A model generated the notes under the pieces. That model saw nothing but the letters and a program-made list of their open reading frames with translations, did no database searches and had not been told where the DNA came from. A stretch of DNA of 64,000 nucleotides from Pseudomonas aeruginosa PAO1. Its GTDB lineage: Bacteria > Pseudomonadota > Gammaproteobacteria > Pseudomonadales > Pseudomonadaceae. Shown one piece after another: positions 8,908 to 19,492 of this stretch (position 1 is the stretch's first letter; each line of letters begins with the position of its first letter). Made by a program: the position numbers and the translations under genes. The stretch is taken from the NCBI RefSeq assembly GCF_000006765.1, contig NC_002516.2; one strand, written 5' to 3'.

Positions 8908-11274
8908 ATGGTGGAGTTACTGCAAGGGTTCGTCCTGACCCGGCACTGGCGCGATACGCCGGCCGGCACGGAAGTCGCGTTCTGGCTGGCGACCGAGCAG
9001 GGCCCGCGGCAGGTGCGGCTGCCGCCGCAGCCGTCGGTGGCGTTCGTCCTCGCCGAGCAGCGCGGGCGCGTCGAGTCCCTGCTCGCCGGGGAGACTGGCG
9101 CCGAGCTGCGGCCGCTGGCGCTGCGCGACTTCCAGCAGCGGCCGGTGCTTGGCCTGTACTGCCAGCAGCATCGCCAACTGATGAATCTGGAGAAACGCTT
9201 GCGCCAGGCCGGCGTCGAGGTGTTCGAGGCCGATATCCGGCCGCCGGAGCGCTACCTGATGGAGCGCTTCATCACCGCGCCGGTCAGCCTGGAGGCGAGT
9301 GTCGAGGCTGACGGCAGCCTGCTCGCCCGGCGCCTGAAGCCGGCTCCGGACTATCGCCCGCGCCTGCGCCTGGTGTCGCTGGACATCGAGACCAACGCCC
9401 GCGGCGATCTCTACTCCATCGCCCTGGAAGGCTGCGACCAGCGCCAGGTATACATGCTCGGCCCGGCCAACGGCGATGCCGCGGCCGTGGATTTCCGCCT
9501 CGACTATTGCGACAGCCGTGCCGGGCTGCTGGAACGTCTCAACCAGTGGCTGGCCGAGCACGATCCCGACGCCATCATCGGCTGGAACCTGGTGCAGTTC
9601 GACCTGCGCGTCCTGCATGAGCATGCCCAGCGCCTGAAGGTGCCGCTGCGCCTGGGGCGTGGCGGCGACGAAATGGGCTGGCGCGAGCACGGCAGCCGCA
9701 ACAACCACTTTTTCGCCGCGGCGGCCGGCCGCCTGATCATCGATGGCATCGAGGCGCTGCGCTCGGCGACCTGGAGCTTCCCCTCGTTCAGCCTGGAGAA
9801 CGTCGCCCGGACCCTGCTCGGCGAAGGCAAGGCGATCGACAATCCGTACCAGCGGATGGACGAGATCGATCGCATGTTCGCCGAGGACAAGCCGGCCCTC
9901 GCGCACTACAACCTGAAGGACTGCGAATTGGTGACGCGGATCTTCGCCCGTACCGAACTGCTCGACTTCCTCCTCGAACGGGCCACCGTCACCGGCCTGC
10001 CGGCGGACCGCAGCGGCGGCTCGGTGGCGGCCTTCACCCACCTGTACATGCCGTTGATGCACCGCGCCGGCTTCGTCGCCCCGAACCTCGGCGAGAAGCG
10101 TCCGGAAGCCAGTCCCGGCGGCTTCGTCATGGACTCGCGGCCGGGCCTCTACGAATCGGTGCTGGTGCTCGACTACAAGAGCCTGTATCCGTCGATCATC
10201 CGTACCTTCCTGATCGATCCGGTCGGCCTGGTGGAAGGCCTGCGCCAGCCGGACGACGAGCACTCGGTGGAAGGCTTTCGCGGCGCCCGCTTCTCGCGTA
10301 CCCGGCATTGCCTGCCGGCCATCGTCGCACGGGTCTGGGAGGGCCGCGAGGCGGCCAAGCGCGAACGCAACCAGCCGCTCTCGCAGGCGTTGAAGATCAT
10401 CATGAACGCCTTCTACGGGGTGCTGGGTTCCAGCGGCTGCCGCTTCTTCGACCCGCGCCTGGCCTCGTCCATCACCCTGCGCGGGCATCGGATCATGCGC
10501 CGTACCCGCGAGCTGATCGAGGCCGAGGGCTATACGGTGATCTATGGCGATACCGACTCCACCTTCGTCTGGCTCGGCAGCCCCCGCGCCGAGGAGGAGG
10601 CCGCGGCCATCGGCCGGGCGCTGGTGGCGCGGGTCAACGACTGGTGGCGCGAGCACCTGAAAGAAGAATTCGGCCTCGACAGCGCCCTCGAGCTGCAATT
10701 CGAGACCCATTACCGGCGTTTTCTCATGCCCACCGTGCGCGGCGCCGAGGAGGGCAGCAAGAAACGCTACGCCGGCCTGGTGCGCCGCGCCGACGGTGGC
10801 GAGGAGATGGTCTTCAAGGGCCTGGAGACCGTGCGCACCGACTGGTCGCCGCTGGCCCAGCGCTTCCAGCAGGAACTCTACCTGCGCATCTTCAATCGCC
10901 AGCCCTACCAGGACTACGTGCGCGATTACGTACGACGGACCCTGGCCGGCGAGCTGGACGACCTGCTGGTCTACCGCAAGCGCCTGCGCCGGCGCCTCGA
11001 CGATTACCAGCGCAACGTGCCGCCGCATGTGCGCGCGGCGCGCATCGCCGACGACTACAACCTCGAGCGCGGGCGCCCGCGGCAGTACCAGAGCGGCGGC
11101 TGGATCAGCTACGTGATCAGCGTCGCCGGTCCCGAGCCGCTCGAGGCGCGGCGTTCGGCCATCGACTACGAGCACTACGTGGGCAAGCAGTTGCAGCCGG
11201 TGGCCGACGCCATCCTGCCGTTCGTCGGCGATGATTTCGCCACTTTGGTCGACCGGCAGATGGCACTATTCTGA
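8908..11274 (+). CDS. polB: DNA polymerase II (family B)
   Basis: Exo 'SLDIET', Pol I region '[11 protein letters not shown]', '[11 protein letters not shown]' and 'YGDTDS'. Confidence 0.97.
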   Translation: MVELLQGFVLTRHWRDTPAGTEVAFWLATEQGPRQVRLPPQPSVAFVLAEQRGRVESLLAGETGAELRPLALRDFQQRPVLGLYCQQHRQLMNLEKRLRQAGVEVFEADIRPPERYLMERFITAPVSLEASVEADGSLLARRLKPAPDYRPRLRLVSLDIETNARGDLYSIALEGCDQRQVYMLGPANGDAAAVDFRLDYCDSRAGLLERLNQWLAEHDPDAIIGWNLVQFDLRVLHEHAQRLKVPLRLGRGGDEMGWREHGSRNNHFFAAAAGRLIIDGIEALRSATWSFPSFSLENVARTLLGEGKAIDNPYQRMDEIDRMFAEDKPALAHYNLKDCELVTRIFARTELLDFLLERATVTGLPADRSGGSVAAFTHLYMPLMHRAGFVAPNLGEKRPEASPGGFVMDSRPGLYESVLVLDYKSLYPSIIRTFLIDPVGLVEGLRQPDDEHSVEGFRGARFSRTRHCLPAIVARVWEGREAAKRERNQPLSQALKIIMNAFYGVLGSSGCRFFDPRLASSITLRGHRIMRRTRELIEAEGYTVIYGDTDSTFVWLGSPRAEEEAAAIGRALVARVNDWWREHLKEEFGLDSALELQFETHYRRFLMPTVRGAEEGSKKRYAGLVRRADGGEEMVFKGLETVRTDWSPLAQRFQQELYLRIFNRQPYQDYVRDYVRRTLAGELDDLLVYRKRLRRRLDDYQRNVPPHVRAARIADDYNLERGRPRQYQSGGWISYVISVAGPEPLEARRSAIDYEHYVGKQLQPVADAILPFVGDDFATLVDRQMALF

Positions 11275-11277
11275 GGC

Positions 11278-11946
11278 TCATTGGCGGATGAGCCGCTGGT
11301 CCAGCTGGCGCAGCCGTTCCCGGTCGAGGTTGCGCGGCAGGACGAGAGTGTCCGAGCCGTTGGTCAACGGCGATTCCACGGGCCTGTTGAGTGGGATGAC
11401 GATACGCTCGGCGTCGTAACGGATTTCCTTGGTGTTGGTCAGGCCCTGCTTCTGTAGTTGATGGATGGCTTCGAGGCGGGCGTCGGCGTCGGCTGCGCTG
11501 GGCGCCGATTGCATGACCTTCAGGTAGATGTCCAGTGCCTCCCGGCCATTGAACGGACCTTGCCCCAGGTGCTTCACGAATACCCGGTAGACGCCTCCCA
11601 CCGCGCGGCACAGGCGGCTGTTGCCGTTCTGTGCGGCGATGTCGGCCTGCAGCCTGGCGTCGCACTGCTGCTTGCTCATGTTGCGGGCTTCGGACTTTTC
11701 GCTTTGCGCGCAGTAGGCGCTGCCGTAGAGGTCGCCGTCCTTGTCGCAGCGGCCGTAGCAGATATCGTGCAGGCGGCAGGCCTCGCTGAGCGAGCAGCCC
11801 GCGACGTCGTCCGGAACCAGATACTGGGTGAAGCCGGAGCCGCAATAGGTGGCCTTGTCTTCGGCGGCGCTGGCGGCGGGCGCCATCCGCGGGGCGAGCA
11901 GAACGACGGCGAAGCCGATCAGGAGCAGGCTAGAGAGGGTTTTCAT
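11278..11946 (-). CDS. Secreted protein with secretory phospholipase A2-like motifs, 222 aa
   Basis: Signal peptide; 'YCGSG' Ca-loop-like; 'ACRLHDICY' His-Asp motif; downstream 'KQQCDARL' and 'C...GVY...V...G' pattern. Confidence 0.7.
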   Translation of the reverse strand: MKTLSSLLLIGFAVVLLAPRMAPAASAAEDKATYCGSGFTQYLVPDDVAGCSLSEACRLHDICYGRCDKDGDLYGSAYCAQSEKSEARNMSKQQCDARLQADIAAQNGNSRLCRAVGGVYRVFVKHLGQGPFNGREALDIYLKVMQSAPSAADADARLEAIHQLQKQGLTNTKEIRYDAERIVIPLNRPVESPLTNGSDTLVLPRNLDRERLRQLDQRLIRQ

Positions 11947-13339
11947 AGAGGACGTCCTGTTCGCTGCGGGTGCCGGGTTCCGAGAGTTGCCGTTGCAGCC
12001 GCCGGTGCATGGCCGTGGCTTTGAGGTAGTGGAAGTCGAAGCACTTGCCGAACGAGAAGTTCTTCCGCACCGGGTCGTGGCACTCCCGGTAGTAGGAGGC
12101 GCCAGCCGTACGTTCGTAGATGGCCTTGCTGACGGCGGTGGCCATGAAGGCGATCACCTGGTCGTTGAAGATATCGTTGTGGTCGGCGATGAAGGACTGC
12201 GAGGTGTAGATGAAGTTGACCGGCTCGTTGCTGTAGCAGGGCATGCGCGGCAGCGCCGGATCGGCGTTGCCGCCGTCCGCGCTGCAGAAGCTCCTGAAGC
12301 GCCATTTGCCGATATCGGTGTCGTCGATCACCCGTGGTTCGGGCGGTCTTGGCGCGCAGTTGTCGCTGCCATCCGGCAGCGGGCACTCGCGGTCGATCAG
12401 CAGGGCGGTCCGATACAGGCTGTAGTTGCCGAGGGCGGTGGTATCCAGGTCTTCTTCCCGGAGGCGATAGCGGGTTCCGTTGTAGGTCCTGTCCAGGTCC
12501 ACCTGGCTCCAGGTGAGGTTGACGCCGACCCATTGGCCGAGCGGGAAGGCGAAGTGGGTGGCGCTGTCGCCGTGCGAACTGATGACGTACAGCAGCGGCG
12601 GCGGCTGGGTTCCCAGGGCGCCGACCTTGAGGCTGTTCTCCTTGAGCAGCAGGCCCTGATTGGCCTCTATCGCCGGATTCAGCATGATTACCGCGTCGCC
12701 GAAGGCGCGTATCCGCTGACCGTCCTGCAGAGCCAGCAGGCGTTCGAGCAACGGGTCGTGAAGTGCGCCGAGGGTGATTGCGCCGCCGAAGCTGTGGCCG
12801 ACGATCACCAGATAGTTCCTGTCCTTGCGATCGATCCGTTCCAACTGGGCGAACAACTCGGCGACGCCACCCCGGCCGACTTCCTCGGCGACGGCCTTCC
12901 TGTCCCAGTAGGTCAGGTTCTCGCTATACAGGCCATGCATCGACTTGCCCCGCCAGCCAACATAGAGGCCGACCAGCCTGCGTTTGCCCAGCACCCCGGA
13001 GGAGGCGAGATTGGCGAGTGCCTTGTTGAAGCTGGCGACGTTGCCGTCGTCCCGTCCCGCGTTGTGCTTCCAACCGTGAATGAACACCACCATGGCGATG
13101 TCCCCCCCGGCGGAGTAGCGCTTTAGCTGGTCGATCAGGCGTTGCGTTCTGGCAGGCGCGAAGTCGTTGCCGCGCTCGCTGTATTCGACGAAGCCGATCT
13201 CGTAGTTCGGATGGCGTTCGTAGTAGCTGTCGCTGCAAGGCCGCATGTCGGCGCAGGTCGATTCGCTGTCATCGCGCAGCGGGGCGTTGGCGGCGCAGCC
13301 TGCCAGCAGGCAGGCTGCGAGAAGGGCGAGTATTTTCAT
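11930..13339 (-). CDS. Cys-rich lipoprotein, alpha/beta-hydrolase fold (esterase/lipase-like), 469 aa
   Basis: Lipobox LAG-C, 'VVFIHGWKHNA' and nucleophile elbow 'IVGHSFGG'. Confidence 0.8.
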   Translation of the reverse strand: MKILALLAACLLAGCAANAPLRDDSESTCADMRPCSDSYYERHPNYEIGFVEYSERGNDFAPARTQRLIDQLKRYSAGGDIAMVVFIHGWKHNAGRDDGNVASFNKALANLASSGVLGKRRLVGLYVGWRGKSMHGLYSENLTYWDRKAVAEEVGRGGVAELFAQLERIDRKDRNYLVIVGHSFGGAITLGALHDPLLERLLALQDGQRIRAFGDAVIMLNPAIEANQGLLLKENSLKVGALGTQPPPLLYVISSHGDSATHFAFPLGQWVGVNLTWSQVDLDRTYNGTRYRLREEDLDTTALGNYSLYRTALLIDRECPLPDGSDNCAPRPPEPRVIDDTDIGKWRFRSFCSADGGNADPALPRMPCYSNEPVNFIYTSQSFIADHNDIFNDQVIAFMATAVSKAIYERTAGASYYRECHDPVRKNFSFGKCFDFHYLKATAMHRRLQRQLSEPGTRSEQDVLYENPL

Positions 13340-13712
13340 GACGATTCCCGCGTGGAGATTCTTTTCCGGCGCGCCAGAACTCGACCGGTCGCTACCCGTT
13401 ACGCAGGCCGGTCGGTACGCTCTGGCGCTGTCGGTGCCCGTGTCGCCGGCCGGGTGCTGTCATGGGGGATGGGAGAGCGCAGGCGGAGAAGTCGTCCCGC
13501 GAAAGGCTGGGGAGGCGTGTGTCAGGGTCCCCTGGAAGCGGGCCTGGGATATCCCGGAAAGGCTCGTCGTGGGGCGAACTGTCGAAGACGTTGACATGCT
13601 GAACCACCACTTCCGTGTCTGTTCTGCAACTGTCTATAGACCGCCGGGGGATGGGTGTCAAAGTGCCACTTCGCAGCCTTCCGCATGGTGGATGGCTGCG
13701 AAGGAGAGTCGA

Positions 13713-14000
13713 TCAGGCCAGTTGCGCCGGGTCGAGCATGTCGCTTTCGAAGGTCATCCAGCCGCCGTTCTCGCTGGCCGCGCCGTCGAGGATCGGGCCG
13801 TAGTAGGTGAGGCCGATGGTCAGGCTGAAGCAGATGTGGGTAGCGTTCTCCGGGGCGTCCAGCTGGCCTTCGAAGTGCAGCTTGAGCACGCCCGGCTCGA
13901 CGCTTTCCAGGCCGATGGCGACGTTCGGGTTGTCCACGGCCTCGCTTTCGCGGCCGCGTTGCTCGGCGCTGACGGTGAGGGTCACGGTGTCTCGGTACAT
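13713..14000 (-). CDS. Small acidic hypothetical protein, 95 aa (MYRDTVTLTV...)
   Basis: GGAG SD 6 nt before ATG 14000, GC3-rich codons and beta-rich composition. It is the internal start of track ORF 13713..14150. Confidence 0.55.
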   Translation of the reverse strand: MYRDTVTLTVSAEQRGRESEAVDNPNVAIGLESVEPGVLKLHFEGQLDAPENATHICFSLTIGLTYYGPILDGAASENGGWMTFESDMLDPAQLA

Positions 14001-14165
14001 GTCTTGCTCCAGTTGGCGTGGGGCCGGCGTCGCCAGCGCGGCGGACAGACTACTGGCAGACGCGCCGGCTGGCCAGTGCTGGCTGCGGTAGGCGCCGCGC
14101 GGGGCCTGGGAATCATTCGCCGGCGGCGCAGTCCAACTGCGCATCACCAACCAACCCCCGAGGGG

Positions 14166-14552
14166 ATGATGAAGCTACCCGTGCTCGCTGTATTGGGCGC
14201 CGCGCTGCTGTTGAGCGCCTGCGCGAAGAAGGAGGCCGAGGCCTGTGCCTCGCCGGACGTGAAAGACCAACTGATGCGGATCTTCCTCCAGGGCGCGATC
14301 ACCGAGCGCTCGCCGGAGTTCAAGGACAGCGCGCTGCGCGACGTGGCGATCCTCGAGAAGGATCCCGACAGCGGCGTGCTGTCCTGTGTCGGCACCCTCA
14401 GCGTGCCGGCCGGCCAGCAGGTGGTCGAGGGCGTCCTGCAATATCGCATCGCCCCGGTGGCCAAGTCCGACTACGACTACCTGCTGCTGGATACCGCCGG
14501 CGCCAACACCACCGCCCTGGCGCAGCGCCTGAACAAGGCACTCGGCCAGTGA
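14166..14552 (+). CDS. Small lipoprotein of unknown function, ~128 aa
   Basis: GAGGG SD, then 'MMKLPVLAVLGAALLLSA-C' lipobox. It is the 3' part of track ORF 13245..14552. Confidence 0.75.
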   Translation: MMKLPVLAVLGAALLLSACAKKEAEACASPDVKDQLMRIFLQGAITERSPEFKDSALRDVAILEKDPDSGVLSCVGTLSVPAGQQVVEGVLQYRIAPVAKSDYDYLLLDTAGANTTALAQRLNKALGQ

Positions 14553-14565
14553 TCGCGCGCCTCGC

Positions 14566-15189
14566 TCAGGGTACGCCGTTGCGGCCGTGGGCGAGGAAGC
14601 CGGGACGGGCGCCGAGGCGCTCGTAATAGGCGCGCACCGCTGGCAGCGACGGATGCTCGAACGGCGTCTCGTACCAGCGGTTGACCGACAGGCCGATGGC
14701 GATGTCGGCCAGGCTGAAGGTCTCGCCGGCGACATAGGCGCCGGTGCGTAGCAGTTGTCCCTCGAGGATTTCCATGAAGCCCGTCCAGCCGCGCAACGAA
14801 GCCTCCACCTGGGCCGCGTCGCGGTGCGCCGGCGACTGCCGGACCAGGCTCATGAAGGCATAGCTCCACGAGCGGTTGAGGTCGGAGGCCTGCCAGTCCA
14901 GCCACTGGTCGACCCGCGCGCGCGGCGCCGCCTGCTGCGGATAGAGGCGTTCGCCGGCATAGCGGTTGGCCAGGTAGCGGATGATGCTGTTGGATTCCCA
15001 GAGCACCAGTTCGCCGTCGCGCAGCACCGGCACCATGGCGTTCGGGTTGAGGGCGAGGAATTCCGCCGCGTGGGTGTCGCGGAAGCCGCTGCCCCAGTCT
15101 TCGCGGCGGTAGGGCAGGTCCAGTTCGGCGCAGGTCCAGAGCACCTTGCGCACGTTGATCGAAGAGGCCTTTCCGAGAATCTCCAGCAT
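14566..15189 (-). CDS. Glutathione S-transferase family protein
   Basis: 'SINVRKVLW', '[25 protein letters not shown]' and 'FSLADI'. Confidence 0.93.
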   Translation of the reverse strand: MLEILGKASSINVRKVLWTCAELDLPYRREDWGSGFRDTHAAEFLALNPNAMVPVLRDGELVLWESNSIIRYLANRYAGERLYPQQAAPRARVDQWLDWQASDLNRSWSYAFMSLVRQSPAHRDAAQVEASLRGWTGFMEILEGQLLRTGAYVAGETFSLADIAIGLSVNRWYETPFEHPSLPAVRAYYERLGARPGFLAHGRNGVP

Positions 15190-15277
15190 GGCGATGGCGC
15201 GTCCTTGGGCGGATAGGAAGGCTCCGAGTATACGGGCCGATCCCGCCGACGGGGAACGGCTCGAGCGGGGGCGCCGG

Positions 15278-15667
15278 CTAGGCGCCGCTGGCTTGCCGGC
15301 GACCCGGGCGGCGGCGCGCCCAGAGGGCGAAGTAGAGCCAGCCGATGACGAACGATGGCGCCACGCTCGCCAATGGATGCGGCGTGCCCGAGAGCCAGTG
15401 CAGCGCGGCCATCGGCGCGGTCAGCAGGAGCACCACCAGCAGGGGCGCCTGGCGTTGCGCAAGGCCGTGGCGGCGGCCGAGACATTGCAACAGGTACAGG
15501 CCGAAGCGCGTCGCCAGGAGACTCGCGGCGCCCTGGAGCAGGGCGGCGACGCCCATCCCGGCCAGGCCGCCGTCCTGGTTGGCATAGGCCGCCCAGGCGC
15601 CGTAGAGCACCGCGGCCGGCAGCGCCGCCAGCCACGGGTCGTCGGAGCGCTGCGCGAGTCCGCTCAC
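15278..15667 (-). CDS. Small integral membrane protein, 129 aa, last gene of the QscR-activated operon
   Basis: GTG start overlaps the upstream stop (GTGA); about 4 hydrophobic helices. Confidence 0.75.
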   Translation of the reverse strand: MSGLAQRSDDPWLAALPAAVLYGAWAAYANQDGGLAGMGVAALLQGAASLLATRFGLYLLQCLGRRHGLAQRQAPLLVVLLLTAPMAALHWLSGTPHPLASVAPSFVIGWLYFALWARRRPGRRQASGA

Positions 15668-16401
15668 CGGATGATCCTCTGCTGCACGTAGGGTTCGGCA
15701 CCGGGCGCGAGGCGGACCATGCAGAGGATCTGGTCGCTGCTGCCGACGTGGGCGACGAAGTGGTCGTTGGTCCTGGCGTGGCTGGACATCGCCATGCGCG
15801 GGAAGAAATCCGGGGCGACGCTGCGTTGCCCGCCGGGTATCAGGCCGGTTTCCGCATCCAGGCGCAGGTTGGCGGACAGCGTGCCGACAACGTCGAGGGC
15901 CAGGTCGACCATGTCCGGGCTCTGGCGCGGCGCTTCCAGGTCCGGGTACAGCGTCGCTCCCGGGATCCGCGCGCTGAGGGCGCGGAACATGTTGTAGACC
16001 ACCGGGTTGTAGGTCTTCGCCACGATCAGTGGCGGCAGCCCGCCGTTGCGCTCGCTGACCTGGCGCAGGAAGAACTGGTTGATCCGCTTGAACAGGCTGG
16101 TGCGGTGGTAGCGGTCGACCACCATCGCCGTCCACAGGTAGAGGAAGCGTGTCGAGCCGCGGACGAAGTCCTTCGCGCCCAGGATGCCGATGATCCGTTC
16201 GCCCTCCGGGTCGGTCGCCAGCACCAGGTGGTCGTAGGTCTCGAAGATATCCGGCTGGTTGCCGAAGTATTGCAGCACGTCGAACTGCGGCATTCCCTCT
16301 TGCAGGTCGGCGACTATCTTGCGTTTGAAGCCCTCGGGGAATTGCCGTTCGCGGCTGGAGTAGTCGAGGTCGAAGGCGTTTTTCTGCGGATCGCTGGTCA
16401 T
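15664..16401 (-). CDS. Hypothetical protein, probable GNAT-like acyltransferase fold, 245 aa
   Basis: ATGA-coupled to the acylase gene. 'HLVLATD...IIGILG...FLYLWTAMVVDRYHRTSL' resembles the GNAT beta2-beta4 pattern. The fold is inferred. Confidence 0.7.
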   Translation of the reverse strand: MTSDPQKNAFDLDYSSRERQFPEGFKRKIVADLQEGMPQFDVLQYFGNQPDIFETYDHLVLATDPEGERIIGILGAKDFVRGSTRFLYLWTAMVVDRYHRTSLFKRINQFFLRQVSERNGGLPPLIVAKTYNPVVYNMFRALSARIPGATLYPDLEAPRQSPDMVDLALDVVGTLSANLRLDAETGLIPGGQRSVAPDFFPRMAMSSHARTNDHFVAHVGSSDQILCMVRLAPGAEPYVQQRIIR

Positions 16402-18827
16402 GGTCGTGGCTCGCCGGAGGAAGAGGCTGAAGGGCGCAGGACCAACTGGCGGTCCGTCGCGTCGGGGGCGTCGTCGGCGATACGGATGTACGCGCCGCGG
16501 GCCCAGAGTTCGTTGAGGTCGGTGGCGCCGTCGAACGGCAGGCCGGAGTTGCGGGTGGACAGCGCGTAGCGCGAGTTGTCGAAGTCCGCCAGGTCGATGA
16601 CCATCCGCAGGGTCGCGGCGATCCGGGTGTTGAACGGGTTGGCCGGGTCGCTGTAGTCGAAGCGCCCGACGTTGACGCTGAAGTTGTCGCCGCCCTTGTT
16701 GTTCTTCAGGTCGAACAGCGCGCGCAGCGGGGTCTTGTGGAAGGGCACGTGCTCGGCGAGGGCGGCGTGCGCCTCGCCCCACTTCCAGCCGCTCGGCGCG
16801 CTTCCGTGGGCGGCACGCAGTTCGTCGAGGGCGCGGCGCAACGACTGGTTCAGCTTGAGGTCGCAGCCTTGTTCCTGGCCGCACCAGAAGCGCAGGTCGG
16901 CCTGGCCGTCGAGGATCAGCCGGAGGAAACCGTCGTAGTTGCGCTGGTTCCAGCCGCTGGCCAGCAACTGCGTGCCGATCCTCGGTTGCAGCAGCTCGCG
17001 GGTGAAGGCGCGTACCCAGTAGCCGGCGATCAGTGGCGCGGCCAGGTCGGCGGCGGCCTGGTGGTTCCAGCCCTGGAGCAGGGCGAAGGCCTCGCTGGCG
17101 CGCAGTTCGGGGTCGCTGACCTGCTCCAGCATCTTCGGCAACAGGCTCGCCATCACGCTGGAGAACTCGTCGTTCTGCAACTCCAGGCTGTCTTCCAGGG
17201 TGCGCTGGCCGGGGCCGCCGAGCCACTCGCGGATGCGGTCATAGCGGTAGGGCAGGACCCAGTCGTGGCCGAAGTCGAAGGCATTGTCGGGCGGCACGAT
17301 GCGCTGGTTCGCCGTGGCGATGAACCCTTCGCGGGGGTTGAGGCTGCGTGGCTTGGCGCTTTCCGGAACGTAGCCGACCCAGTCGTAGCGGCTCTCCCAG
17401 CCGGGCGAGGGGGCCAGGCCATGGAGGTCGTCGTCGGCGCCGCGGAGCGGTACGCGACCGGCGGAGACGTAGCCGATGTTGCCCTCGACGTCGGCATAGA
17501 CCATGTTCTGCGGCGGTACGCCGAAGTTGGCGGCGGCGTCGAGGAACTGTTCCCAGCCTTCGGCCCGGTTGATCGCCAGCAGGCTCGGGAAGGTCTTGTC
17601 GTGACGGTCGAGGCCGGTCCAGGCGAGGGCGATCACCAGCCGGTCGCGCTGCGCCTGCGGCAGCCGCGCCGGTTCGTAGATGTCGCTGATCACCGGGCCG
17701 TGGCGGGTGCTGCGGACCTCCAGCGAGACCGTCTCGCCGTCGCGCACGGCGATGCGTTCCAGGCGCGTCTCGAAGGGCCGGTAGCCGTCCGGGGTCAGGT
17801 AGCGCCGCGGGTCCTGGGGATCGACGCGCTCCAGGTAGGCGTCCTGGATGTGCGAGCCGGTATTGGTGTAGCCCCAGGCGATGCGCTGGTTATGGCCGAT
17901 GACGAACAGCGGGGCGCCGGCGAAGTTGGCGCCGGTGAGGCTTAGGCCGGGGATCTTCAGGCTGGCCAGGTAGAAGGCCGCCGGGTTGGTCAGGCGCAGG
18001 TGCGGATCGTTGGCCAGCAGCGGCTTGCCGGTGGCGCTGCGGCTGGCGGAGACCACCCAGTTGTTCGAACCGATGCCTTCGACGTTGGAACCGGGCAGTT
18101 GCCCCAGCAGCTTGCCGGCGTCCGGCGTGCCGTGCAGGGAGCGGTACAGGCTGGCGTAGTCGCGGGTGGCCGGCGGCCGCTCGCCCGGATAGGGGGCGAA
18201 CACCTCGTTGATCCGCGCCAGGTCCAGGTGCTCGGCCAGCGCCAGGCGCTGCAACTGCATGCCCAGGTTGGCGCTCAGGGTCCAGGAATAGAGCAGGTGC
18301 AGGGACAGGCTGTCCACCGGCCCCCAGGGCCCCGGCCGTTCGTGGCGCACCAGGCTGAATTCCAGCGGCAGCGCCGCCGGGGCCAGCTCCAGATAGGCGT
18401 TGATCCCGTCGCTGTAGCGTTGCAGCAGGACGCGCGTGGGCGCGTCCAGGTTGGCGTAGATGCCTTCGGCGGTGCGTCGGAAGCCCAGGGTGCGGGCGAA
18501 CCTGTCCATCGGCAGGGTCTTGGCGCCGAACACTTCGGAGAGCGTCCCGCCGGCATAGCGGCGGGCGAACTCCATCTGCCACAGGCGATCCCTGGCGTGG
18601 CTGTAGCCGAGCAGGAAATAGCCGTCCTCCAGGCTCTGCGCGCGGATATGCGGGACGCCGGCGGCGTCCCAGGCGATCCGCCCCTCGTGTTCCAGGCCAT
18701 GGCCGACCTGGATCTCGCCGTACTTGAAGCCCAGCGGGACGGCCAGCAGGTAGACCGCGCAGGCCAGTAGCCCCAGCAGCAGGCCGCCGAGGGACAGGCG
18801 CCAGGCGTAACGTGCGTTCTTCGACAT
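16398..18827 (-). CDS. Penicillin acylase / AHL-acylase family Ntn hydrolase, 809 aa
   Basis: N-terminal anchor, 'GVPHIRA', 'ARDRLWQME', beta-chain N-terminal nucleophile 'G-SNNWVV' and 'LLANDPHL'. Confidence 0.92.
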   Translation of the reverse strand: MSKNARYAWRLSLGGLLLGLLACAVYLLAVPLGFKYGEIQVGHGLEHEGRIAWDAAGVPHIRAQSLEDGYFLLGYSHARDRLWQMEFARRYAGGTLSEVFGAKTLPMDRFARTLGFRRTAEGIYANLDAPTRVLLQRYSDGINAYLELAPAALPLEFSLVRHERPGPWGPVDSLSLHLLYSWTLSANLGMQLQRLALAEHLDLARINEVFAPYPGERPPATRDYASLYRSLHGTPDAGKLLGQLPGSNVEGIGSNNWVVSASRSATGKPLLANDPHLRLTNPAAFYLASLKIPGLSLTGANFAGAPLFVIGHNQRIAWGYTNTGSHIQDAYLERVDPQDPRRYLTPDGYRPFETRLERIAVRDGETVSLEVRSTRHGPVISDIYEPARLPQAQRDRLVIALAWTGLDRHDKTFPSLLAINRAEGWEQFLDAAANFGVPPQNMVYADVEGNIGYVSAGRVPLRGADDDLHGLAPSPGWESRYDWVGYVPESAKPRSLNPREGFIATANQRIVPPDNAFDFGHDWVLPYRYDRIREWLGGPGQRTLEDSLELQNDEFSSVMASLLPKMLEQVSDPELRASEAFALLQGWNHQAAADLAAPLIAGYWVRAFTRELLQPRIGTQLLASGWNQRNYDGFLRLILDGQADLRFWCGQEQGCDLKLNQSLRRALDELRAAHGSAPSGWKWGEAHAALAEHVPFHKTPLRALFDLKNNKGGDNFSVNVGRFDYSDPANPFNTRIAATLRMVIDLADFDNSRYALSTRNSGLPFDGATDLNELWARGAYIRIADDAPDATDRQLVLRPSASSSGEPRP

Positions 18828-18852
18828 CGCTTCGAGTCTCCACGCCGACGGG

Positions 18853-19476
18853 TCAATAGACCCGCCGGTTCCGGTCCGCATGGCGACTGACGAAGAACAC
18901 CAGCGAGACGCGCTCGCCGGCGGTCACCTGCTGGACCTCGTGGGGATAGCTACAGTCGCTGATGATCACCGAGCGCGGCTCCGGCTTGATGTCGTTGCGC
19001 AGGTTGCCGTCGCGGTCGTAGACCACGAACTGGCCGCCGGAGAAGTAGGTGCCGAGCTGCAGGACGATGGAGTACTGGTAGTCCGGGTTGCTGTCGGTAT
19101 CCAGGTGCCGGCCGATGAACGAGCCGGCCTTCATCCGGTTCACCTGCATGCGCCGGACGTAGAAGGCGTCGTCGCCCATCAGCTTGCGGAACAGGCTCAT
19201 CACGTTGTCGTTGCAGACGCGCGGGATGATCAGCTCCGACAGCGCATGGTTGACCACCGTGGGACGGTCGCGGTCGGTCATGAAACGGGCCACGTAGAGG
19301 TCGTTCTCCTCGTCGGCGTCGCCGATCAGGATCTTCTCCCACGGCAGGGTCGAGTTGGCCAGGACCTGGTTCATCAGTTCCCAGTCCTGCTCGTCGTAGA
19401 GCGCGTCGCTGGGGGTGATATAGGCGCAGCCGTTGGCTGCCAGGCTCTGGGTGATCTGGGCAATCTGAGTATTCAT
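18853..19476 (-). CDS. 2-oxoglutarate/Fe(II)-dependent oxygenase, 207 aa
   Basis: HxD 'RHLDTD', distal His 'PHEV' and RxS 'ERVSLVFF'. AGGA SD before ATG 19476. Confidence 0.88.
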   Translation of the reverse strand: MNTQIAQITQSLAANGCAYITPSDALYDEQDWELMNQVLANSTLPWEKILIGDADEENDLYVARFMTDRDRPTVVNHALSELIIPRVCNDNVMSLFRKLMGDDAFYVRRMQVNRMKAGSFIGRHLDTDSNPDYQYSIVLQLGTYFSGGQFVVYDRDGNLRNDIKPEPRSVIISDCSYPHEVQQVTAGERVSLVFFVSRHADRNRRVY

Positions 19477-19492
19477 GGGGTTTCCTGTGTGA

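Noticed and set aside
13392-13661. 89-aa minus-strand ORF upstream of the lipoprotein hydrolase
   Set aside because: Pro/Arg/Ser-rich, no SD or family motif; likely promoter or leader DNA.
13245-14165. Upstream extension of the 435-aa plus-strand ORF
   Set aside because: Low-complexity, overlaps the 5' end of the lipoprotein hydrolase and the 95-aa minus-strand gene. The lipobox and SD place the start at 14166/14169.
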